From positions 64,001 to 128,000 of the forward strand of contig BTUM01000006.1 in the NCBI GenBank assembly GCA_045863235.1: a stretch of DNA of 64,000 nt, written 5' to 3'. Shown here in pieces: positions 46,275 through 54,998 of the stretch (the first letter of the stretch is position 1; each line of letters begins with the position of its first letter). Source of the stretch: Candidatus Xenobia bacterium (GTDB taxonomy: Bacteria; Vulcanimicrobiota; Xenobia; Xenobiales; QWHO01). Both the position numbers and the translations under genes were made by a program. The notes under the pieces were generated by a model. The model searched no databases and was not told where the DNA came from. It saw only the letters and a program-made list of their open reading frames with translations.

Positions 46275-46640
46275 GTGGACATGGGGACTTTCGAGGCGCC
46301 GCAGACGTTCCAGCCGGTCGCGCCGGACTCTGACGCTCTGGCGGAAGAGAACAAGAAGCTTGCCAAGAAGAACTTCGAGCTGGCTCGGGCCCTGGCTTCG
46401 GCCCAGCGCCGGATCTCCGAGCAGAATGCCCAGCTCGAGCAGCTGCGCTCGCGTCACAATCAGTGGGTGGAAGCGGTTCAGCTGGATCTGAACTTCCTCT
46501 ACGCGCAGCTCGTGGAGGCTTCCGAGGCCTGGGCCTGGTATCAGGCCAGCGCTCCCGAGCGGCACCGTTACGAGGAGGTGCGTGGCGATCTGGAGGAGAG
46601 GTTGTTCAACAGCAACAGCCTGGAGGAAGCTCCCGAATAA
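46275..46640 (+). CDS. Small coiled-coil hypothetical protein
   Basis: GGAGG RBS; heptad-like LAEENKKLAKKNFELARAL; TATAAT at 46222-46227 upstream. Confidence 0.7.
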   Translation: MDMGTFEAPQTFQPVAPDSDALAEENKKLAKKNFELARALASAQRRISEQNAQLEQLRSRHNQWVEAVQLDLNFLYAQLVEASEAWAWYQASAPERHRYEEVRGDLEERLFNSNSLEEAPE

Positions 46641-46667
46641 GGGGCCGCGCGCTGACATCTTCAGGAA

Positions 46668-46697
46668 TTGACGCGGCGCCGTTCACCGCTTTCTAAT
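46668..46697 (+). promoter_or_regulatory. Putative sigma70 promoter
   Basis: TTGACG-N18-TCTAAT upstream of the 46755 gene. Confidence 0.45.
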
Positions 46698-46754
46698 GTG
46701 CTCGCACAGGTCAAAGGGCAGGAGTGTCTACGGCCGGCTCGGAACTGCGCCGGC

Positions 46755-47378
46755 ATGAAGAAGACCGTTCTGCTCACGCTCGTGGTGCTGCTGGCTCCCC
46801 TGGTGCTGGCCCAGAATTCCACCCTGCACAACTACACCTGGAAGAGCCGAACCCAGGTCGAAATGGGTGGCGAGGTGAAGAGCGTGGTCCTCGAGCAGGT
46901 CCGCACCGACGCCAGCGGTCAGGTTCAGAAGACCCCTCTCAGCGCGCCTCCCGCCGCTCCCAGCCAGAGGGGTCCCGTCCGACGCCGCCTCGCCCAGCGC
47001 AAGACGGAGCGCACCAAAGAGTGGATGCAGGGTTTGCAGGCGACCCTGGCTCCCTATCAGAGCCTCCCCCCAGAGAAGCTGAAAGCCTTTGCGGAAGGCG
47101 CCACAAAGCAGCCGGTCGGGGACGGCCTGGTGCAGCTGCAGGGGCGGGGGCTGGTGCAACCGGATGATCAAGTGGTTTTGACCGTGGAGATGGTTTCCCA
47201 TCAACCCCGCAAGATGCAGGTCAAGACCACCTACGACGGTTCCCCGGTCGAGCTGCAGGTGGAGCTGAGCGCCATCGCTCCCAATGTCACGGCGCCCATG
47301 AAGGTGGTCACGACCGTGCCTGACGACGGCCTGAACATCACCACCGACAACTACGACTATCAGCAACTCAGGAACTGA
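46755..47378 (+). CDS. Secreted hypothetical protein
   Basis: Sec signal peptide MKKTVLLTLVVLLAPLVLA; beta-rich C-terminal half. Confidence 0.75.
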   Translation: MKKTVLLTLVVLLAPLVLAQNSTLHNYTWKSRTQVEMGGEVKSVVLEQVRTDASGQVQKTPLSAPPAAPSQRGPVRRRLAQRKTERTKEWMQGLQATLAPYQSLPPEKLKAFAEGATKQPVGDGLVQLQGRGLVQPDDQVVLTVEMVSHQPRKMQVKTTYDGSPVELQVELSAIAPNVTAPMKVVTTVPDDGLNITTDNYDYQQLRN

Positions 47379-47552
47379 GCAAAATTTGTAACCTGGGTCC
47401 AGGGCAGTCATCAAGCTGTTTTTTCCGCGTTTGTCCCGATCGGGCGCGAGAAAACTTTCACACCATTAACAAACTTTCAACACAAACTCTGAGCGCGAAG
47501 GCCATCCGTCCCTCTACAGTGGGTTCAAGAGATTCCCACCAGGAGGACGGTT

Positions 47553-49772
47553 GTGAGCCAGACGTCCCAGAAAAGCGCACCCAGCGTGGCCCCGGTTTCC
47601 AGTGCCAGCTCGTCCAGCTCCTCGAGCTCGAGCAGCAGCACCAGCTCAACGGGAGGGAGCCTTGGGGCAGCCGCCTCGCGGGCCACGCAGGGCAGCTCGT
47701 CCAGCAGCTCGAGCTCCTCGAGCTCGTCCACCGCGTCCAGTTCGTCCAGCACCTCCGACTCCTCAAGCTCGAGCGGAAATGGCACCTATGACAGCAGCCG
47801 CCTCCAGGGTTCGTCAAACAGTTCCGCCGAAGCCCTCGAGTGGGGGGGCGAAGAGGAGCGCACCTCCGGCCACACCAGTGCCCTGCTGGCAGCCTGGGGC
47901 AAGGTTGACCCCAAGGTGGAGCGCCGGAAGATCGAAGAGGATCGCCAGAGCCTGAGCGCTTATGAATCTCAGGCCGCTACTTTTCAGCCGGCCCGCAACC
48001 CGGGTCCGGGTCAGAAGGAGGAGGCTCGCCGTCTGGTCGATCAGCTCGAGGCTTTGAAAGCCGATTCCGCCGCCGACTCGAGGGGGATGAAGCCGGGCCG
48101 CCAGCGCGAAGCTCTCAATCAGGACCTGGAAGTGAAGAGCCGCGAGGCCCAACAGCGCCTGGCCGAGGCCCAGGCCACCCCTACGGGCCAGGTCAGTCCC
48201 ACCGGTCAGGTTGGCCCGACGGGGCAGGTCACCCCAACGGGTCAGGTGGACCCCACAGGCCAGGTGAGCCCTACCGGTCAGGTGAGCCCCACGACCCAGA
48301 ACCCGCCTGCCAAAACCGACGCCGTGTCTCAGGCGCGTCAGAAGTTCCTGGACACGATGCGCGGCAAGCTCGACGACGAGCGCATGAAGCGGCTGGAGAA
48401 CATGTCCCGCGAGATGGAGCGGCGCATGGCCGCGCGAGGCTACGCCCGCATTCTGGCTGGCAAGGACCGCGCCGAGACGGCCCAGATGATCCGTCAGCAG
48501 CTGGTGGACACCTACGGTCAGCTCGACCAGCTGGCCGGCACTCCGGATGCCACCGGACAGTATTTCGACCAGAATATGCGCGCCCAGCTGGCCGAGAACT
48601 TTCTCTTCCACGCCGCCGACCCCACCAACGTGGATCAGGGCGGCAACGGCACTTGCTGGCTCGAGTCGGGCTACATTGCGGGCGGTTTCGTCAACCACCC
48701 CGAGCACATGGCTCGCTTTCTCAAAGAGGTCTCTCTCACCGGCTCGTTCAACACGCTCAGCCGGGGTGAGAACGACCCCACCCCCACCAACATCAAGTTC
48801 CCTCCCCACCTCTTCCGCTTCGGGGCCAACGACGAGGAGGGGCGCTGGACTGTCGGCAGCGCCAATCAGAATGGCCGACGCAGTCCGGTGGGCTTGATCT
48901 TCGACGAAGGCATGAGCTACATGGTTGGCCGTCGCCATCCCGACGCCGGCTCCTACGGCGGCAGCGTGGGCGTGCGCCGCATCATGCACATGGTGACCGG
49001 CGACATCGTGCACGACTCGAGCCACCTGCTCAACGGCTCGGCCCGCCAGACCCTGCTCGAGAAGGGTGCTTACATCGTCTACCAGCCAGGTCACATGCGC
49101 ACCGTGCAGATGCGTCTGGACGGCGACTTCCAGCTCGGCGAGAACGACATCACCAGGCCGGGCGGCGGGCCCACTCAGGGGGCTATCATTCAAGACAACC
49201 AGTGGGGCGAGTACAACGACCACATCGACATGGTGGTGCACGATCTGGAGAACAACCGCATCGTGGACATCCGCAACACGCGCAACACGCCCTACAATCC
49301 CTTGAGCGTGACCGGCGAGCGCCCCCTGCCGCCCTACTCGCCCGATGGCAGCCTGCCCGATTGGGACCGGCACATCGGTGGGGGCGACGACGGCGGCGGC
49401 TTCGTCCCCTGGGGCCCCGATTGGCCCGGCCCGGGCCCGAGCCCCGACATCAGCCCCGATTTCGTGGTGGATACCATCGGGGACATCCTCGACTCGGTGA
49501 GCGACACCGACGACGAGGCCAAGAAGGCGGAGGTCAAGAACCTGATGCGCACCCTCACCGCCTCGGCTGAGGGCGAGCTGCAACTGGGCAAGCCGGGAGC
49601 CAACTTCCAGAAGCTCAAGGAAGCCTACGAGAAGGTCAAGAAGAAGAACATCCTCGATCCGGAGCTGAAGGCAAAGGTCGAGCAGGTTCTCACCCGGGGC
49701 GGCGCACCGCCTGCGCCCGAGCCCAAGCCTCCGACCCCGACTCCAACGCCGAGCCCTACGCCCAGTCCTTAA
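47553..49772 (+). CDS. Ser-rich, repeat-containing protein with a papain/calpain-like cysteine protease domain
   Basis: AGGAGG RBS; poly-Ser N-terminus; DQGGNGTCW, PGHMRTV, QDNQWG; Pro/Thr tail. Confidence 0.8.
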   Translation: MSQTSQKSAPSVAPVSSASSSSSSSSSSSTSSTGGSLGAAASRATQGSSSSSSSSSSSSTASSSSSTSDSSSSSGNGTYDSSRLQGSSNSSAEALEWGGEEERTSGHTSALLAAWGKVDPKVERRKIEEDRQSLSAYESQAATFQPARNPGPGQKEEARRLVDQLEALKADSAADSRGMKPGRQREALNQDLEVKSREAQQRLAEAQATPTGQVSPTGQVGPTGQVTPTGQVDPTGQVSPTGQVSPTTQNPPAKTDAVSQARQKFLDTMRGKLDDERMKRLENMSREMERRMAARGYARILAGKDRAETAQMIRQQLVDTYGQLDQLAGTPDATGQYFDQNMRAQLAENFLFHAADPTNVDQGGNGTCWLESGYIAGGFVNHPEHMARFLKEVSLTGSFNTLSRGENDPTPTNIKFPPHLFRFGANDEEGRWTVGSANQNGRRSPVGLIFDEGMSYMVGRRHPDAGSYGGSVGVRRIMHMVTGDIVHDSSHLLNGSARQTLLEKGAYIVYQPGHMRTVQMRLDGDFQLGENDITRPGGGPTQGAIIQDNQWGEYNDHIDMVVHDLENNRIVDIRNTRNTPYNPLSVTGERPLPPYSPDGSLPDWDRHIGGGDDGGGFVPWGPDWPGPGPSPDISPDFVVDTIGDILDSVSDTDDEAKKAEVKNLMRTLTASAEGELQLGKPGANFQKLKEAYEKVKKKNILDPELKAKVEQVLTRGGAPPAPEPKPPTPTPTPSPTPSP
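48180..48293 (+). repeat. Six tandem 18-bp coding repeats encoding PTGQV(S/G/T/D)
   Basis: PTGQVS PTGQVG PTGQVT PTGQVD PTGQVS PTGQVS PT with synonymous divergence. Confidence 0.9.
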
Positions 49773-49899
49773 TGTGATCGCCCGTCTTCTGAAAAAGGCC
49801 GGAAACTACATTCCAGCGTTGCAAACACACAGGCCTTGCACTTTAGAAATCCGGCCGCATCCGCCTTCAGGCCGAGATTGACTTGGGCGGAGAACGATT

Positions 49900-50724
49900 T
49901 CAGACGCGGTAGGCGAACGCGCACCAGTAGGGCTCCCGGTCGTGGAAGCGGACGTCGCGTAACCCGGCATTCAGCATCATCTGGCGGATCTCCTGGCGCG
50001 TGAAACGATGCTCTATCCTGGTTCCGAAGCGGTCCAGGGCGTCGTTGCGCATCAGGTAGAAGCTCTTGTCGCGATAGGCCGAGAGCGGAATGTTGCCCAC
50101 GGGTAGCCCCAGGCGCTCGAGCAGCCAGGCGCCGCGCGCCAGTGGCCAGTAAACGACCGCGGCCAGCACGTCGCAGGCGAGGTGCTTGACCGGGCGAGGA
50201 AGCTGGCAGAGCGCGCGGCGCGCGAAGTCGGTCAGCTTCCAGACGGCGCGGAACCAGGCCGGGCGGTTGTCGAACGCATAGTAGAGGTATACCAGGAAAG
50301 GCGCCCCGGGCCGTAGCTTGCGCACGCAGCCCTGCAGGCCCAGTTGCGGGTCGGGCAGGTGGTGCAGGACCCCCAGCGCGTAGCCGAAATCCATGCTAGC
50401 GTCAGCGAGCGGAATGCACGAGGCGTCCGCCTGGTGGAAGCGGCAGTTGGGCTGCTCGGCCAGGTTGCGGCGCGCCACCGCCAGGGCCGACGCCGCGGGG
50501 TCGATGCAGTGGAGCTCACGCACGCGGGGCGCCACGAAACGGGCCCAGCGGCCTGTGCCGCAGCCGAGATCGAAGCCGCGCGCTTCTGGGGCAAGCTCGG
50601 ACCACGGGAAAACCGCGAAATATTCCTCGAATTGGCGAGCCAGCTCCTCCCGGGTGGCCGCGGACTGGTCAAAGCGTGACCATTCCTCGCCGAAGTCGTC
50701 CACCAGCTCAGGATCGACGTTCAT
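49900..50724 (-). CDS. Class I SAM-dependent methyltransferase
   Basis: FDLGCGTGRW, GVLHHLPDP, LRPGAP. Confidence 0.92.
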   Translation of the reverse strand: MNVDPELVDDFGEEWSRFDQSAATREELARQFEEYFAVFPWSELAPEARGFDLGCGTGRWARFVAPRVRELHCIDPAASALAVARRNLAEQPNCRFHQADASCIPLADASMDFGYALGVLHHLPDPQLGLQGCVRKLRPGAPFLVYLYYAFDNRPAWFRAVWKLTDFARRALCQLPRPVKHLACDVLAAVVYWPLARGAWLLERLGLPVGNIPLSAYRDKSFYLMRNDALDRFGTRIEHRFTRQEIRQMMLNAGLRDVRFHDREPYWCAFAYRV

Positions 50725-50767
50725 GAATGTTCCAAATCTCCTGCTTCTCGCGCAGCCCAGCACCCTA

Positions 50768-50950
50768 AAGCCCGGAGCGTGGTCGCCGTGAGACCGAGCT
50801 TCTCATTGACCAGGTCTTTGCTCTGACCTGGTGCATCTCGAAGCTTCGGGCTCGGGCCCCAGGTGACAGGGGGCTTTGCTCCAGGTCCGGGAAACCCTTG
50901 TGAAGGTCGGGAGAAGCTCTTCTCACTGGGTCAGGAACACCTCCGGGCTT
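50768..50950 (-). ncRNA. ssrS: Probable 6S RNA
   Basis: 183-nt rod: AAGCCCGGAG/CTCCGGGCTT, GTGAGA/TCTCAC, GAGCTTCTC/GAGAAGCTC, central bubble, GACCTGG/CCAGGTC; ends CCCGGAGGTGTTC and GGCGACCACGCTCCGGG resemble 6S termini. Confidence 0.65.
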
Positions 50951-50995
50951 GCCGTCGGAAGGGAAATCCTCACCCCGTGCGCTAAATGGGCCAAC

Positions 50996-51601
50996 ATGAC
51001 CGTCATCGTGGACTACCAGATGGGGAATGTGGGGTCCATCATGAACATGCTCAAGAAGGTGGGCGCCGAGGCCGAGATTTCCGGAGATCCCGAGGCGCTG
51101 CGCCGCGCTACGCGACTGATTCTGCCCGGCGTGGGCGCCTTTGACACTGGCATGCGGCACCTCTCCGACTCTGGCCTCATCGACGTCCTCAACGACCGGG
51201 TGCTGAATGACAAAGTGCCCGTGCTGGGGATCTGCCTGGGAATGCAGCTCCTGACGCGCCGCAGCGAGGAGGGCTCCCTGCCTGGCCTGGGCTGGATCGA
51301 GGCCGACACGATTCGCTTTCAGCTCGAGGACCTGCGCGTGCCCCACATGGGCTGGAACACGCTGCGGGCGGTGAACGGCTCGCCTCTCTTTCAGGGCTAT
51401 CAGGAAGAGCCCCGTTACTACTTTGTGCACTCCTACCACGTAGTCTGCGACAACCCCGAGGACGCGGCTGGCACGACCGAATACGGCCTTCAGTTCGTCT
51501 CGGCGGTCCACCGCGGTAACGTGATGGGGACCCAGTTCCACCCCGAGAAGAGCCACAAATTCGGCATGCAGCTCCTCAGGAACTTCGTCGCCCTCAACTG
51601 A
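50996..51601 (+). CDS. hisH: HisH-like glutamine amidotransferase (polysaccharide-locus WbuY type)
   Basis: VDYQMGN, LPGVGAF, GICLGMQ, VPHMGWN, YFVHSY, QFHPEKS. Confidence 0.92.
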   Translation: MTVIVDYQMGNVGSIMNMLKKVGAEAEISGDPEALRRATRLILPGVGAFDTGMRHLSDSGLIDVLNDRVLNDKVPVLGICLGMQLLTRRSEEGSLPGLGWIEADTIRFQLEDLRVPHMGWNTLRAVNGSPLFQGYQEEPRYYFVHSYHVVCDNPEDAAGTTEYGLQFVSAVHRGNVMGTQFHPEKSHKFGMQLLRNFVALN

Positions 51602-51603
51602 CC

Positions 51604-52371
51604 ATGCTCAGGACCCGCGTCATCCCCTGCCTGTTGCTCAAGGACGGCGGTCTGCACAAGTCGGTCAAGTTCAAGCTGCCGGCAAGCTCGTACGTCGGCG
51701 ATCCGATCAATGCCGTCCGGATCTATAACGAGAAGGAGGTCGACGAGCTGCTCTTCGTTGACATCACGGCCACGGTCGAGGGGAGAGAGCCTGGCTTCAA
51801 GCTGGCCGAGGAGATCGCCTCGGAATGCTTCATGCCGGTAGCTTTCGGCGGGGGAATTCGAGAGATCGATCACGTCAGGCAACTCTTCACTCTCGGCATC
51901 GAGAAGGTCGTCGTCAACAGTTATGCCCTGGAGCGCCCCGAGTTCATCACCGAGGTCGCCCGGTACGCGGGCAGCCAGAGCCTGGTCGTGTCGATCGATG
52001 TGAAGAAAAGCTTCTTCGGCAAGTATAAGGTTTTTGGACGAGGCGGCCGTCAGAGGACCGGGCGCGATCCCGTAGACTGGGCCCGCGAGGTAGAGCGTCT
52101 TGGAGCGGGAGAGATACTCCTTACCTCCATGGACCGGGACGGCACCGGCCAGGGCTACGATCTCGAGCTGCTCGGCCAGGTTACGCGCGCGGTTCGAATC
52201 CCGGTGATTGCCTGTGGCGGAGCCGGAACCGTCGAGCACTTCGGGCAGGCGGTGAGGGAGGGTGGAGCGTCCGCTGTAGCGGCTGGTAGCATGGTGGTTT
52301 ACTACGGCCGCAACCGCGCCGTGCTGATCAACTTTCCCGAGCGCTCGGCTCTAGAGAGCGTCCTGGGCTGA
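51604..52371 (+). CDS. hisF: HisF-like cyclase paralogue (HisF2/WbuZ/AglZ type)
   Basis: RVIPCLLL (no catalytic Asp), [42 protein letters not shown]. Confidence 0.88.
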   Translation: MLRTRVIPCLLLKDGGLHKSVKFKLPASSYVGDPINAVRIYNEKEVDELLFVDITATVEGREPGFKLAEEIASECFMPVAFGGGIREIDHVRQLFTLGIEKVVVNSYALERPEFITEVARYAGSQSLVVSIDVKKSFFGKYKVFGRGGRQRTGRDPVDWAREVERLGAGEILLTSMDRDGTGQGYDLELLGQVTRAVRIPVIACGGAGTVEHFGQAVREGGASAVAAGSMVVYYGRNRAVLINFPERSALESVLG

Positions 52372-52471
52372 TATGCTCGCACTTTGGTCTTGCACATCTG
52401 TCCCTTCCAGCCTTCTTCGCTCTTGAGCCCGAGCAGGTGTCCGAGTTTGCTCGCAGAATTACCGGACCCTC

Positions 52472-53890
52472 GTGGATCTTTGGAGCATTCAAGCCGCGAT
52501 CAAGCGGCGCAAGTGGTTCTTTTTGATGACGTTTTGCGCGGCGCTGCTGGTGGCGGTGCTGGTCCCGCGGGGCAGTACGGAGACCGTCTATGTCTCGATG
52601 GCCAAGGTCCTTCTCACCCCTCCGTCCGGGGCCACGTATGAGGGAGATGGACGCGGCACGACCCGCTGGTGGTTTACCGACGAAGCCACCCTGAACGAGT
52701 TGGTGACCAGCGAGGAGCTGCTCCGTCGCGTTATCGCCAAGCTCAAGCTGAAGACCGAGTGGACCGAGCTGAAGGAGCACATCACTCTTTCGCCGGTCGT
52801 GGCGGAGTCAGGAGTGGGAATGTACCGCTACGGCCAGAGCTCGAGCTTGTTTCAGATCACCGTGTCGGCCTCGGAGCCGCAGTTGTCTCGCGAAATCGCG
52901 ACGGTGGTGGTCGAGGAGTTCATGACCTCGATTCAGGACCTGTCGGCCCGCGAGTTCGCCAACACGCGCCGCTTTCTCGAGGACCTGGTGCGAGAGGCCA
53001 ACCAGAACGCTGAGAAGGCCGGCAGCAAGCTCGCGGCGATTACGTCCAAACGGAACACCACCAGCGACGAGCGCGATGTCATGTCAACTCTCAACGAGCT
53101 CGAGGCTCAACGGCTGAGCACGCGCGAGCAGCTGACCAAGCTCGAGGCAGAGCAAGACTCGGTCAACAGTTTTCTGGGCGACCCGGCGGGCACTCCGCCC
53201 TGGTCCCTCCTGCGCGAGCAGGGCGCTATTCAGAATCTCGAGCAAACCGTGGCTGAGAACCGGGTCAAACTGGCCGAGGCTCAGCAATATTACACGCCCG
53301 ACAGCCCTGAGGTCCGCGAGCAGACCACACGGCTCGAGAAGATTCAGCAGCTGTACACGGCCCAGGTCGTCAAGGCCGCCCAATCCGTGGTCAGCGAGAA
53401 GTCGACTCAGTCCGGAGCCCTGCAATCTCAGCTCGCGCAGATCGAGGAGCAGATTGACAACCTGCGGGCTACCCAGCTTACTCCCGAGGAGAGGCGCGAT
53501 GTGGCCCAGTTGGAGCGCGAGCTGGCGGTTTGGGAAGAGAACCGCTTGGCGCTCATCAAGCAACTCTATCAGGCGCGCGTCGTTGAGCAAAGCAGTCGGC
53601 GCCAGGGAGCAATTTCTATCCTGCTCCGTCCCACTGACGGCGTCCTGCCTCGTGACAAGCGCCTGCCGAGCCTTCTCCGCTCGCTGGCGGTCGGGATCCC
53701 GTTCGCACTGGTCGTGAGCCTGGGACTGCTCATCCTGGCCGACTTCATGTCCCGCTCGTTGCAGCTTCTGCCCCGCGTGGAGGAGGCTCTGGAAGCCCCG
53801 ATCCTGGTGGTGGTTCCACGCTTTCCGAAGGGCTTCAGCGAGGAGTGGGACATGGTCAAATCGGGCCTGGAGCCCAGAGTCAAGAAGTAG
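52472..53890 (+). CDS. Polysaccharide chain-length determinant (Wzz/Wzc N-terminal, GumC-like)
   Basis: TM - long coiled coil - TM; YTPDSPEV; VEEALEAPILVVVP. Confidence 0.82.
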   Translation: MDLWSIQAAIKRRKWFFLMTFCAALLVAVLVPRGSTETVYVSMAKVLLTPPSGATYEGDGRGTTRWWFTDEATLNELVTSEELLRRVIAKLKLKTEWTELKEHITLSPVVAESGVGMYRYGQSSSLFQITVSASEPQLSREIATVVVEEFMTSIQDLSAREFANTRRFLEDLVREANQNAEKAGSKLAAITSKRNTTSDERDVMSTLNELEAQRLSTREQLTKLEAEQDSVNSFLGDPAGTPPWSLLREQGAIQNLEQTVAENRVKLAEAQQYYTPDSPEVREQTTRLEKIQQLYTAQVVKAAQSVVSEKSTQSGALQSQLAQIEEQIDNLRATQLTPEERRDVAQLERELAVWEENRLALIKQLYQARVVEQSSRRQGAISILLRPTDGVLPRDKRLPSLLRSLAVGIPFALVVSLGLLILADFMSRSLQLLPRVEEALEAPILVVVPRFPKGFSEEWDMVKSGLEPRVKK

Positions 53891-54998
53891 GCGCGGCCAG
53901 TCTCAGAACGCGGCCATATTCCCTGGCAATCGGGCCCACGTCGTACGCGGTCGCCCGGCGAAAGGCGCGGTCGGCGTAGTCCGCCCGTACCTGCGGCTCC
54001 CTCAGGAAGCGTTCCAGAGCCCTGCGCAGGGACTCTACGTCCTGCGGCGGGACCAGCACGCCGTGACGACCTTCTTCGAGGATCGAAACGGGCCCCGAGC
54101 CACTCCGCGTGCTCACCACGGCAAGACGGCAGGCCATTGCCTCGACCAGCGCCAGCCCGAAGCCCTCCGACCTCGAGCTCAGGGCGAAGATGTCGCTTTG
54201 ACGAAGGTAGGGGAATGGGTTGGGCTGACTTCCCAAGAACCTTACGCGATCGGGGACGCCCAACTCGTGACTGAGCCGGACGAGTTTCGGGCGCGAAGGG
54301 CCATCCCCAATGACTATCAACTCGGCATCGTAGCGTTCGAGCACAGGAGCGGCGGCTTGCAGCAGTGTTGCCTGGTCCTTCCCCTCGACCAGTCGCCCCA
54401 TGTGCGCGATGCGGGGCCGACGAGGAGCGGGGTTCGGCGGACCCGCCAGCCTCTCGATCTCCTCCAGATCGATCGGATTGGGAATCACGGTGATTTTTCC
54501 GGGGTCGAGACCCCAATCCACCAGGCAAGAGGCGGCGTCCTGGGAGACCGCGATGCAACCCTCGGCCCTGGAATAGGTCTGCCGCACCAGCCACTTGAGC
54601 AGCCGACCGGTGGGTTGCTCGGGCGGAAATTCTTGCTCGAGGCGGCAGTGCTCGGAGGCCCAGTTGCCACGGGTGGATTGTCCCAGCATCGCGAGTCCCC
54701 GCACCAGATTCGGGCGCAGGAGCAAACTCATGACCACGTCGGGCCGATGGGCCTGCAATCTCTTGCGTAGCTCCCACGCCTGGGGCATCAGGAACAGGTT
54801 ACGCCACCGGGTCCCGGGCGCGCTCAACCGGAAGCGCTCGATCTTGATGTCAGCGTCGAGCTCGTAGGCGCTCTCCCCTTCCTCGAGGGTCCAGATTGCG
54901 ATCTGGTGACCCCATCGGCTGAACCGGTTGGCCAGGAGCTGGACCAGCCGCTCTGCGCCACCGACTGCCAGGTTATTGATCAGGAAGACGATCTTCAC
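53880..54998 (-). CDS. GT4 glycosyltransferase
   Basis: GGAER, IPNPID, GRLVEGK, SRSEGFGLALVEAM; GTG start at 54998. Confidence 0.92.
   Translation of the reverse strand: MKIVFLINNLAVGGAERLVQLLANRFSRWGHQIAIWTLEEGESAYELDADIKIERFRLSAPGTRWRNLFLMPQAWELRKRLQAHRPDVVMSLLLRPNLVRGLAMLGQSTRGNWASEHCRLEQEFPPEQPTGRLLKWLVRQTYSRAEGCIAVSQDAASCLVDWGLDPGKITVIPNPIDLEEIERLAGPPNPAPRRPRIAHMGRLVEGKDQATLLQAAAPVLERYDAELIVIGDGPSRPKLVRLSHELGVPDRVRFLGSQPNPFPYLRQSDIFALSSRSEGFGLALVEAMACRLAVVSTRSGSGPVSILEEGRHGVLVPPQDVESLRRALERFLREPQVRADYADRAFRRATAYDVGPIAREYGRVLRLAAPTS

Noticed and set aside
48180..48293. CRISPR-like periodicity
   Set aside because: These are 18-bp in-frame coding repeats with no spacers and no cas genes
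50996..52371. Histidine biosynthesis operon
   Set aside because: No other his genes are present, HisF lacks the catalytic Asp, and the context is a glycan locus
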